A stretch of DNA of 64,000 nucleotides from Octopus sinensis (lineage: Eukaryota): NCBI RefSeq assembly GCF_006345805.1, contig NW_021833299.1, positions 1-64,000 on the forward strand, written 5' to 3'. Made by a program: the position numbers and the translations under genes. Every line of letters starts with the position of its first letter. Within the stretch, counting starts at the first letter, position 1. A model generated the notes under the pieces. It ran no database searches. It saw nothing but the letters and a program-made list of their open reading frames with translations, and was not told the DNA's origin. Positions 52,106 through 64,000 of the stretch are shown here, in pieces.

Positions 52106-52359
52106 GGGTAATATAACGAAAATCAATCGATATTAGGTTACCCACGTACGCGCGTTTCGGAATTAGATCGGTATAAAGAATAAATAATTATATCTTTCCC
52201 GACCATGTGGAACCATGTGGTTGGGAAGCAATCTTCTTACTACACAAATTTTAAAGTTTTATGTAAAGATTTCTTGTCAATAGAGAAAGAGTTGCTTTCT
52301 GAGATCCAAGACTCCGCCATTGGAATTTCATCATCAAAAACAGAGTATTTTTGTTTGTT

Positions 52360-53630
52360 TGTATGTATGTATGTATGTGTGTGTGTGTATGTGTGCAGAT
52401 TTGCATGTTTTGTTTTATGTGTGTATTCTCATGTATATTGTTGCATATTTAGACATGCTTATATAAATTTAAATGATAAACTTCTGGAAGTATGTATGTA
52501 TGCATGTATGTATATATCTATGTATGCATGTGTATCTATATATGTATGTATGAATGCATGTGTGTCTCTATATGTATGTATGCATGTATGATTGTATATG
52601 TATGTATGTAAACGTATGTATGTATCTACGTATGTATGTGTGTCAATGTATGTCTGTATGCATGTATGCTTGTATATATGTATATATGTATGCATGTATA
52701 TATGTATGAATGTATAGAAATACTCGAACACGAGTTTGCAGCCATCATGTATGTATGTATGTATGTATGTATATATGCATGTATATATGCATGTATGTAT
52801 GCATGTATGTATGTATGCATGTATGTATGTATGTATGTATGCATGTATGTATGTATGTATGTATGCATGCATGTATGTATGCATGCATGTATGTATGTAT
52901 GTATGCATGTATGTATATGTATGTATGTATGTATGTAGTATGAATGCATGCATGCATGTATGTAGTATGAATGTATGCAGGTATGTATGTATGTATATAT
53001 GTATGCATGCATGTATGTATGTATCTATGTATGCATGTATGTATGTATGTATGCATACATGCATGTATGTATATATGCATGTATATATGCATGTATATAT
53101 GCATGTATGTATGTATGCATGCCAGTATGTATGTATGTATGTATGTATGTATGTATGTATGTATGTATGTATGTTGCATGTATGTAGTATGTATGCATGT
53201 ATTTAGTATGTATGCATGTATGTATGTATGTATGTATGTATGTATGTATGTATGTATCCATGTATGTATGTATGTATGTATGCATGTATGTATGTATGAA
53301 TGTATGTATGCATGTATGTATGTATGTATGTATATATGTATGCATGCATGTATGTATGTATCTATGTATGCATGTATGTATGTATGTATTCATACATGCA
53401 TGCATGTATATATGCATGTATATATGCATGTATGTATGTATGCATGCCAGTATGTATGTATGTATGCATGTATGTATGCATGTATGTATGTATGTATGCA
53501 TATATGTATGTATATATGCATGCATGCATATATGTATGTACGTACGTATGTATGTATGTATGTATGTATGTATGTATGTATGTATGTTGTATGTATGTAT
53601 GTATGTATGTATGCGTACGTATGTACGTAC
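52360..53630. repeat. (TGTA/TGCA)n microsatellite
   Basis: Direct reading. Confidence 0.95.
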
Positions 53631-54457
53631 AAGCAATGGCACTTCCCCATAGCCTGACAGCTGAAGCAATTGTAATTTTCTGTCGCCATTCGCCGATCTT
53701 ATCTTATCAGTGAAAGAGTATAGAAATGTGTCGAGTGGATTGTACATGTTATTCAAAAGGTACGGCTTTGTCACACGCACTTTGTGAGTCTGTGTGTGTG
53801 TATGTGTGTGTGTGTTTGTGTATATGTGGTTGCGTGTGTGTGTATGTATTTATATGTGTATGTGTATGTGTAGGTGTGTATGTGTGTATGTGATGTTTGT
53901 GTATTTATGAGCTTTGGTGGGGTACGCAATGATTTTAGCTACCCTTTGATTTTTGTATTTTTCCAAAAAATTTTTAATTAGTTAAGTTTTCTCTCCATTG
54001 TAGCTACATGTATGAATTTAATCTATGCCTTTTTTGAAGGGGTGGGTGGGGTGCGGAGGGATTAATTGTAAATTTAATTAGATAAAACACAACAATGAAA
54101 ACCATTAGGGAAAAGCGATATTGATGACATCGATGAATTTACACGCAAGCAAATCCTTGGATGGTATCGATACATACATACATGCATACGCATGCACGCA
54201 CGCTCACACATGCACACTCACACTAACACACGTTTGTGCACACACACACTCGCGCGCACACAAATATGCGTATACACGCATTGTATGTACGCAAAGGCGT
54301 GCGATCTAGTGGTTAGGATGTTCGTCTCGAGATCATAATGTAGTAGGTTCGATTCATGGAGCAGACAGTGCGTTCTGTCCTTAAGCAAGGCACTTCATTT
54401 ATACGTTTCACCCGTCTCCTTAGCTGAAAATTGCGGAGTTGTCGGCTGCTGGAGCAG

Positions 54458-54885
54458 CTCTCTCTCTCCCCGACTCTTTCCCACATTTCTTTCCCCTCTC
54501 TCTTTCCCACCTCTCTTTCCCTTCTCTCTTTCCCACCTCTCTTTCTATCTCTCTGTTTCCCACCTCTCTTTCTCCCTCTTTCTTTCCTACCTCTCTTTTC
54601 CCCTCTCACTTTCCACCTCTCTTTTTCCCTCTCTCTTTCCCACCTCCCTTTCTCCCTCTCCCTTTCCCACCTCTCTTTCCCTCTCTCTCTTTCCCTCTCT
54701 TCCCCCTCTCTCTTTCCCTTTCTTCCCTCTCTCTTTCCAACCTCTCTTTTTCCCTCCCTCTTTCCCACCTCTCTTTCCCCCTCTCTCTTTCCCACCTATG
54801 TTTACCCCTCTCTCTTTCTCACCTCTCTTTCCCTCTCTCTTTCCCCTCTCTTTCTCACCTCTCATCCCCTCTCTCTTTCCGACCT
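54458..54885. repeat. CTCTCTTTCCC(AC) polypyrimidine minisatellite
   Basis: Direct reading. Confidence 0.9.
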
Positions 54886-56067
54886 CACTTAAACCCTGTT
54901 TCCCCCTGTTTCTCCCTGTCTCTTCCTCTCTCCATCTCCTTCCAGTTGTCACATCCTCCTAGATGGGTCGCTAGCCCAAACCATAGCAGAATCGAACTGG
55001 CTTCTACATCAGCCCTCGACTACAACACAGACACTTAAAAACAAATTCTCAAAATCATTTTATACATTACCAAACGATACCCCTTTACCACTGACCGACG
55101 GCTCTTATATATTTCAATAAAATTTTCTCAGCACCGAACGCCATTCCCCAACACTTGATATAAAACCATAAAAGTATCAAACAGATATAAAATGGTACAA
55201 CAATGGAAAATTAGGAATCAAAATCCTTGGGTGCCATCCTTTCTCGTGCTATGCCTTGGCAATTGCATTCCTTTAATTATTTCTCTACTTCCTTCTTCAA
55301 ATTGCTCTTGTGCCTCCACATGCCATAAATCATATTTGTGTCGTAAGACCTTGCGAGTGAGAGGTGTCACACGGTACCCGTATTGTTATCACTGGGGAAA
55401 TAAATAACATTATCTTCGTCCCGATTCGTGGTTGTAATTTATTTTAATTCCCATCGATATCTTTTGGAAATGTCAAATTTCCAAGAATTTTATTTGAATT
55501 TTCAACTTGTCCATTTTTGCAGTATTGCGATTATTATTAATGTTTTTTTTTCTGCTGCTGCCATTCTAACGGTTATTCTCGCTGCTGCTGCGACTTCTGC
55601 TGCTGCCGTTGTTGTGTTGTTGTTGTTGTTGCTGCTGTTGTTGTTGTTTTTGCTGTTGTTGTTGTTGTTGTTGTTCTTCTTCTTCTTCTTCTTCTTCTTC
55701 TCCTTCTTCTTCTCCTTCTTCTTCTCCTTCTTCTTCTTCTTCTTCTTCTTCTTCTTCTTCTTCTTCTTCTTCTTCTTCTTCTTCCAATCAGGACTCACGC
55801 AATTCGCCACACAGAATAATCTCTAATTCGAGTCTACTCTAAGCTTCTAAGAATGCGTGTGGCAACTTGAAGATCCACCCACCACACGCGATGGACTGGC
55901 GGATGCACGGGCGCGAAAGCTACGTTGTTGTCCTCATTCCGTAAACGGTGGCTTTTTACAGGTGGAGAGCTGAACCATCCTAGGGTACAGAGGATTCGCA
56001 ATCTAGACTAGACTTTGAATGTTTACCACACCATAGTGGATTACACTATGGTTCCTCTGCTTTGTGG

Positions 56068-56257
56068 CAGAAGTAGGAAGAAAGAGTGAGAGAAAGTTGT
56101 GGTGAAAGAGCACAGCGGGGTTCACCACCATTCCCCGCAGGAGCCTCGTGGAGCTTAGGTGTTTTTGCTCAATAAACACTCAGAATGCTCGGTCTGGGAA
56201 TCGAAATCGCGTTCTTACGATCGCGAGTCCGCTGCCCTAATCACTGGGCCATTGCGC
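56068..56257 (-). mobile_element. SINE E head and body, tail missing
   Basis: Matches 11680-11867. Confidence 0.85.
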
Positions 56258-56320
56258 TGTTGTTGTTGTTGCTGGTGGAGGTGGGGGTAGCGTTGCTGCT
56301 CTATTGTTGTTGTTGTTGTT

Positions 56321-56510
56321 AAGCAACAAGACGAGTAAAGGTGATTAGGTGATGGTCTGGGGCTTAGGGGCGGGAGACCCCAGACCTTGGAAAAAAAAAA
56401 TTTGGTCATCTTGTTGTAGTCGAGGGATCTTTGTTGACGCCCGACACTACTGGGAGGTGGCCCTCGAATTCGCTGGAAATGGAGATCTACAGGTCCAAAT
56501 TCTTAAACGG
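56321..56510 (-). mobile_element. Solo copy of the ~215-bp HDV-like repeat unit
   Basis: Colinear with the 33106-33730 units and flanked by the same (GTT)n and (GCT)n tracts. Confidence 0.85.
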
Positions 56511-56617
56511 CTGTTGCTGCTGCTGTTGGTACTGCTGGTAATACCGGTGTTGTTTAGTCTCATCAGCTCTGATTAGGAAGATTTATAGTCAGAGACATTC
56601 CAGCCTCCATACTCTGT

Positions 56618-56925
56618 TGGTTCGGGCATTCGGCTCACGATCGTAAGGTCATGAGTTCAATTCCCGGTGACACATTTTGTCCTTGAGCAAGACACTTTAT
56701 TTCACGTTGCTTCAGTCCACTCAACTGGCAAAAATGAGTAGTACCTGTATTTCAAAAGGGCCAGCCTTGCCACATTTTGTGTAACGCTGAATATCCCCGA
56801 GAACTACGTTAAGGGTGCACGTGTCTGTTTGAGTGCTCAGCCACGTGCACTTTAATTTCGCGAGCAAGCTGTTTCGTTGATCATATCAGCTGGGACTTCC
56901 GTCGTCGTAACTGACGGAGTGCTCC
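56618..56925 (+). mobile_element. SINE (B head + T tail)
   Basis: Same family as 32131-32450. Confidence 0.85.
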
Positions 56926-57391
56926 TTCTATTAACGGTTTCAAATTTTTGGTACAATGCCTGCAGTTTTAAAGGAGATGGATCGGGTCGATTACATTGAC
57001 CTAGTACTTGACTGCAACTTTATTTTACCAACCTTGAAGGATAACAAATAAAAAGTTAACCTCATCAGGATTTGAACTCGAAACTTCCGGCTAATGATTC
57101 TGTTATTCCACCACCTCAAAAGATTATTATCAATAAAAGAAAGTATTACTAAGCCATTTTTTGAAAAGGTAACTTTGTTCTTTTATTCGTTATGTAATTA
57201 GTACAATCACCATCATTGTTTTAATTGCTGCCAAAATCTATTGGAAGCAAAGAATCTCTTTTAGTGACAGAACCGTTAACTCTATGCCAAACACAATATA
57301 ACGCTACTATTTACGAGTCAAAGGTTGAGTGATTAAAATTCCAAGCATAATCAGTGAATTCTTCTTAACTTGCGTTCTTCGATCTTCTTAG

Positions 57392-57615
57392 TGGAGGTCC
57401 ATGGTTTAATGGTTAGGGTGTTGCACTCACAATCGTAAGATTGTGGTTTCGATTCTTGGACCGGGCGACGCGTTGTGTTCTTGAGCAAAACACTTCGTTT
57501 CATATTGCTTCAGTCCACTCAGTTTGATAAAGGTGAGTAATCCTGCAACGGACCGACGTCCTGCCCAGGGAGGAATATATACTCCAGGGAAACTGCGAAG
57601 CTGGCCCTTATTGTC
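57392..57615 (+). mobile_element. Degenerate SINE (B head + V-like tail)
   Basis: GGTTAGGGTG..GGACCGGGCGACGCGTTGTGTTCTTGAGCAA. Confidence 0.75.
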
Positions 57616-57874
57616 CTACGGAGTAATGTGGCCTATCCACTCTACTGAATATCACAAATATTCAGTATCATTTCCCAACTTTTTTTTCAACGAGAAAGTG
57701 TTGCTTGGTCCTCAATATGTGTTTTTTTTTATTTCTGGGGAAGGCACACTGCAGCAGGTGACCTTTCACAGCTCTTCTCACAGCACAACATAGCAAATTG
57801 CATGTGTATAAGTGTGTGTGTGAGTGCGCGCGTGCATGCATGTATGTGTGTCTATGTGTCTGTGTGTGTGCACG

Positions 57875-57917
<43 letters not shown>

Positions 57918-58421
57918 GGAGAGAAAAACCGGTCCCAGTACTTCACTGTTATTTCGTTTTTTAATCCGTTATTATATGAAGGATCATATCGTATGACTGC
58001 TAACCAAAGAGTTAAGGATCTTCACACAAACAGGCATTCGTTGTGATACAAAATGCTAATCGTTTAAGCGATTTTACTTTTCACTTCAGTTTACGCCAGA
58101 TCCGTTTCTCGTGTATTACTTAAAATGAGGATTGGATGACGGAAGGAGAAACTAACTCAATTTAGCCCTTTTAATCTCCTTCACCACATTATCTCTTACA
58201 CCATGGCCACGAAACAAGAAAACTTACTTTTTTTCCAAATCCCGGTAAAACAAAAGGAAAAGTCGATCTTGGTAGGATTGGAACACACAACGCAGAGCAA
58301 CGGAACGGATCAAATACTGCAGGAATGACGTATGATGTCATATAATTGCTAACAAAAGACTTAAGGGTCTTCATAAAAAGAGGCATTTGTCGTGGTACAA
58401 AATTTCTATTCTTATAAATGA

Positions 58422-58815
58422 CTAGCAGTATCGCCCGGCGTTGCTCGGGTTTGTTTCGACCCTTTAGAATTGGAATTTTTGAAAAGTAAAAATTCTGCAT
58501 TATGTAGCTTGTTATTCTCTTTAAGTGAACATTTTTTCTGGTTGAAATACACCGAAAAAATGGCGACACAGCAGTCAAAAAATCGTAAAAAAATAGGGAT
58601 TTTCATAGAAAAAAAAAGCACCTTTTTGATGTAAATAATTTTTGGTCTTAACATGGTCTGATTTGAATTTTTTCTTCTACAGAAGGAAGAGCAAGCCTTC
58701 TTCTATCATATTCTCAATTTTGGTCAACTTGCGCCGCAGGGTCTCGGAGGAGATAGTGTTAGTTGAAGGCTGCCAAACCTGCCATACACAGACAACTTCA
58801 GCTTTATATATGAGA
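58422..58815 (-). mobile_element. Non-autonomous Helitron, second copy
   Basis: Same termini, hairpin and body as 26810-27191. Confidence 0.8.
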
Positions 58816-59191
58816 TTTTTACTTTTCACTTCAGTATATACGAAATCTAGTGGATCTTAGATATTGCTGTGTCACCTGTTTTCAATGACGGTTCCTTTAG
58901 GAAAAGGCAAGTGTTTTTGACAATTTCACACGTAGTGATGGAGAGAGAAATATTCCCGTTGCGTAAAACGCAGAAACTCATGAGAAAAGATAGAGAAGAA
59001 AATAAAATACATAATTTCTAAGTAAATATATTTACCCAAAATCGATTGAAATGGTAATCGGTTTTTAGATAGCGAGTGAGATGTATATATATATAAGAAG
59101 TGGTCGCAGCGGTAGCTGAGGCATAGATAATATATAGATAGCTAAATAGAAAGAAAGGAAGACAGTAGTAGTAGAGGTGGTGGTGGTAGTT

Positions 59192-59229
<38 letters not shown>

Positions 59230-59348
59230 GGTGGTAGTAGTAGTGGTGGTGGTGGGGTAGCGGTGGTGGAGGTGGTGGTGGTAGTAGTAGTAGTAGAATA
59301 CTTTACTGGTAGTAGTTGTATTTTTTTATCAAGATTGTATTTTTATCA

Positions 59349-59760
59349 AGGCGTAGGAGTGACTGTGTGGTAAGTAGCTTGCTTACGAACCACATGGTTC
59401 CGGGTTCACTGTCACTGCGTGGCACCTTGGGCAAGTGTCTTCTACTATAGCCTCGGGCCGACCAAAGCCTTGTGAGTGGATTTGGTAGACGGAAACTGAA
59501 AGAAGCCCGTCGTATATATATATATATGTGTGTGTGTGTGTGCGCGCGTGCGTGTATGTGTTTGTCTCCCAACGTCACTTGACAACTGATTATGGTGTGT
59601 TTACGTCTCTGCAACTTAGCGATTCGGCAAAAGTGACCGATAGAATAAGTACTAGGCTTACAAACAATAAGTGCTGGGAATGATTTGGTCGACTAAAGGC
59701 AGTACTCCAGCATGGCCACAGTCAAATGACTGAAACAAGTAAAAGAATAAACGAATAAAT
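59349..59760 (+). mobile_element. SINE family A
   Basis: Full head-to-tail match. Confidence 0.9.
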
Positions 59761-60089
59761 ATTTTAGAGGGCAGCACTTGCCTCTCAATCTTCCTTTTTC
59801 TCTTGTGTTACTTAAATAAATTGATGAACGACCGACTAAAGAAGAAATTGACTCTATTTAACCCTTTTAATCTCATCCACCACACTACTTCTTTTACCAT
59901 GGCCGCCAAACAAGAAAACTATCTGAGGAGTAACAGTAGAATGATTTCCATAAGAGACTGGGTTAATAGCCGGATCCACCCGTCTTAGACATAACAACTC
60001 ATATAAGCAATGCTTAGAAACTGAACGAGTATGTGCAAGACTGTTTCGTCGCCCTGCATGCACCTTGACAAGGTCCGAATTTTATTTCT

Positions 60090-60678
60090 TTATTGTCCAC
60101 AAGAGGCTACACACAGAGGAGTCGAACAAGGAAAGACAAACGGATTAAGTCGATTATTTCGACCCCAGTGCGTAACTGGTACTTATTTACTCGAGCCCGA
60201 AAGGATGAAAGGCAAAGTCGACCTCGGCGGAATTTGAACTCAGAACGTAGCGGCAAGCAAAATACCTTTTTTTTTACTACCAAAAAGGGGCTAAACATAG
60301 AGTGGACAAGAAAGGACAGACACACGGATTAAGTCGGTTACATCGACCCCAGTGCGTAACTGGTACTTATTTAATCGACCCCGAAAGGATGAAAGACGAA
60401 GTCGAACTCGGCGGAATTTGAACTCAGAACGTAACGGCAGACGAAATACCTATTTCTTTACTACCCAGAAGGGCCTAAACACAGAGGAGACAAACAAGGA
60501 GAGACAAACGGATTAAGCCGATTATATCGACCCCAGTGCATAACAGGTACTTATTTAATCGACCCCGAAAGGATGAAAGGCAAAGTCGACCTCGGCGGAA
60601 TTTGAACTCAGAACGTAACGACAGACGAAATACCGCTAAGCATTTCGCCCGGTGTGCTAACGTTTCTGCCAGCTCGCT
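60090..60678 (-). mobile_element. Trimeric SINE family D
   Basis: One head at about 60678 and three bodies; junction GAAATACCTATTTCTTT. Confidence 0.9.
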
Positions 60679-61354
60679 GTCCTAGACCTTCTCTATATTG
60701 TCAATGGGAGGTGAACACGTCTGCAGATGTATCAATACTACTGCAAGGCGAAGGCCAGCCTTGCTGCACAGAAAAAATAAAAAACAAAAACACAAAGGAA
60801 GTGACTTACCAGAGTTAGATTACAATACTTGTAAACCATATGTAGAGGTCGACATGTGGTCGTCTGCTTTGCGAAGAGGGTCTGTCGTTCACCATACTTC
60901 GTCGCTGTTTGTTATTAGATTTATTAATTTCATCCAATATCGTTCGATTTGATCATATTTTATCATCTTTATGCCTGTTCTATTTTTGACTAGATTCTAT
61001 CAGCTTATCTGAATTATAGTTTGCTGTCTGTTGCTGAGCGAATGAATATACTCCGCTTTCGATGGGAGAATCCATCATATATGCGTTTGTATGGATACAT
61101 GTATATTTGCATGTGTATGAGTATTTTTATGCATATATATATATGCATTCGTATATACATATGAACCCGTGTGTGTATGTGTTTGTATATGTAATCTATG
61201 CATATATATGTATGCATGTATGTATAAGTATATATATATATTTATATATATATATGTAAGTATGTATGTATGTATGTATGTATGTATGTATGTATGTATG
61301 CATGTAAGTATGTATGTATATATATATATATGCGTATGCGTGTATGCGGGTGTG

Positions 61355-61865
61355 GAGAAGGAAGATATTTTCAAATTATTTAGAATTTTTATATATGTAT
61401 GTAGGCATATATATGTGTGTGTGTGTGTGTATGTGTGTATGTGTGTGTATGTGTGTGTGTGTATGTGTGTGTGTGTGTGCGTATGTGTGTGTGTGCGTTT
61501 GTGTTGAAGGAAAATATGTTCAAATTATTTAGAATTTTTATGTATATATGTATGCATATATATATATATGTGTGTGTGTGTGTGTATGTGTGTGTGTGTA
61601 TGTGTGTGTGTGTGTGTGTTGAAGGAAAATATGTTCAAATTATTTAGAATTTTTATGTATATATGTATGCATATATATATATATGTGTGTGTGTGTGTGT
61701 ATGTGTGTGTGTATGTGTGTGTGTGTGTGTGTTGAAGGAAAATATGTTCAAATTATTTAGAATTTTTATGTATATATGTATGCATATATATATATATGTG
61801 TGTGTGCGTGTGTGTATGTGTGTGTGTGTTTGTGTTGAAGGAAAATATGTTCAAATTATTTAGAA
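61355..61865. repeat. Compound tandem repeat: conserved core + (TA)/(TG) tract, about 5 units
   Basis: GAAGGAAAATATGTTCAAATTATTTAGAA recurring about every 115-145 bp. Confidence 0.9.
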
Positions 61866-61987
61866 GTTTGACGTGGACGTAATTTAAAGATGCATCTTTT
61901 GAAATGATGACGACAAACGGTTAGGTTTTATAGCCTTGAGATGTCAAACAGAATAATAGGCAACGTGAAGGGGTCCATGGATGCACA

Positions 61988-62182
61988 ATGATAATGATGA
62001 TGATAATAATGGTGGTGGTGATGATGAAGATGATGATGGCGATGAAATGATAATGATGATGATGATGATGATGGCGATGAAATGATAATGATGTTGATGA
62101 TGATGATAATGATAATAATAATAGTAATAGTAATCCTGATGATGATTGTGATGAGGGCGATGGTGATGATGATAATAATAAC

Positions 62183-62238
<56 letters not shown>

Positions 62239-62670
62239 TAATGATAATTCTCTTGTCCCTCAATATCCTTATTGTCCTTTTCTGCCTTCTCCTCCACTTC
62301 CTCCACCTCTCCTTCCTCCGCATCGTCATCTTCACCATCGACCTCATCATCATCGTCACTAGTATGATGAATATCATTATTACCGTCGTTGCCATTGTCC
62401 CAATCCTCGTCGCCAGCGTCCGTCTTTATCATCGATATTATCGTCGTTGTCTTCATCATCTTATCACCACCACCATCGTTGTCGTCGTCATCATCATCAT
62501 CATCATCATCATCACCACCACCACCACCATCATCATCGTCGTCGTCGTCATCTTCACCACCACCACCACCACCACCATCATCATCCTCATCAACATCATC
62601 ATCATCATCGTCATCATCATCATCGTCATCATCATCATCGTCATCATCATCATCGTCATCATCATCATCG

Positions 62671-62709
<39 letters not shown>

Positions 62710-62752
62710 CATCATCATCATCGTCGTCATCGTCGTCGTCATCTTCACCACC

Positions 62753-62786
<34 letters not shown>

Positions 62787-62910
62787 TCATCATCCTCATC
62801 AACATTATCATCGTCGTCATCGTCATCATCAACATCGTCATCATCATCATCATCATCATCATCATCACCATCATCATCATCACCATCATCATCATCAACG
62901 TTGTTGTCAT
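61988..62910. repeat. (GAT)n/(AAT)n/(CAT)n microsatellites
   Basis: Direct reading. Confidence 0.95.
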
Positions 62911-63594
62911 TACACTTTCGCCTTTTCCTAGTCTCAGGATTACTTTTGATCTGTTTGTTCTTTATTTTATTTCATTTCATTTTGTCGTTTCTTTTCTCTT
63001 TTTCTTTCTTGTTTGGTGCAATAAGATTTCGTCATGTTTCTTTTTTTCTTTTTTTACTTTCGTCATTCACTTTTTCTTTTTTTCTTTTCTGTTTTCTTTT
63101 TTTTGTCTCTTTCTTTGGAAGAGTTCTTTTCCTGTCGTCTACATCTGTAGGAGTTATACGTCTTGATCTTCTGATTTCAACTTTAAGTTGTATTTCATTG
63201 CCTAATCTGCGTCTGGTATCTCTTAAGTAGTGATAACAACGTTTCTAGTTCAGACAAGTTGTTGTTGTTGTTGTTGTTGTTGTTGTTGGTAGCCGTCGAT
63301 GTGGTAACAATGTTGTTTAACATCACGTCAACCTCACTGAGCAAACGCATGATCAAACGTCCATTTATGACCATCCCATTTGTTTTAGAACCACCATATC
63401 TACAATCATATATCTACAATCATATTATCAGATTTGTATTCTATTTCAAGATGGTGGGGGTTATTACGTCAGAGGTAATTTGACTATTAGTTTTAGCTGG
63501 CTAACAAAATAATTAGAGGCTCCCCATCGTTAATTCACATTTGGTTAGTTTCTGAGTGTCTGTAATAGAATTTCGATATTTTTATGGATTAGAC

Positions 63595-64000
63595 AAGGCA
63601 GCGGACTCGCAGAATCGTTAGAACATTGGTTAAAATGCTTCGCAGCATTTTTCCGGCTCTTCAATTCAATTTTGAATCCAAATAGCGCCGAAGTCCGGTT
63701 TATCTTTTATTCGCCAGGGGTCGATAAACTGATGCACCAATTTTGTACAATGTTTCATGGTATTGGTTAATCCCACGTCGAGAATTGCTGGCTTAGTGCC
63801 TGAATTACAAACAATATTATCTTTTTTTTTGTTGTTGTCCACAAGGGGCTAAACATACAGGGGACAAACAAGGACAGACAAACGGATTAAGTCGATTATA
63901 TCGAACCTTGTGCGTAACTGGTACTTATTTAATCGACCCCGAAAGGATGGAAGGCAAAGTCGACCTCGGCGGAATTTGAACTCACAACGTAGCGGCAGAC
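63595..64000. mobile_element. Two SINE family D copies: degenerate plus copy (63595-63815) and minus copy (63835-end)
   Basis: GCAGAATCGTTAG head; CCCGAAAGGATGGAAGGCAAAGTCGACCTCGG. Confidence 0.8.

Noticed and set aside
61355-61865. CRISPR-like regularly spaced repeat
   Set aside because: Spacers are (TA)/(TG) microsatellites, there are no cas genes and the context is eukaryotic

Overview
Gene-poor, repeat-saturated metazoan genomic DNA. The dense di/tri/tetranucleotide microsatellites and several tRNA-headed SINE families suggest a cephalopod, probably Octopus (inference, not database-checked). No intact protein-coding gene is supported: almost all long ORFs are microsatellite translations. 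Recognisable coding relics are a CR1/L2-group LINE C-terminus, an RTE LINE C-terminus and two internally deleted mariner elements. Also present are two non-autonomous Helitrons, MITEs, minisatellites and about 30 SINE copies (my labels A-E). The most interesting layer is self-cleaving-RNA-like: (1) a hammerhead with an intact core but non-circularly permuted strand order (41030-41090, minus); (2) a tRNA-headed element ending in a Penelope-type hammerhead with an inverted tail copy (about 25280-25695); (3) two further minimal Penelope-type hammerheads; (4) a ~215-bp tandem/dispersed repeat with an HDV-like core. All folds were assigned by eye and activity is untested.
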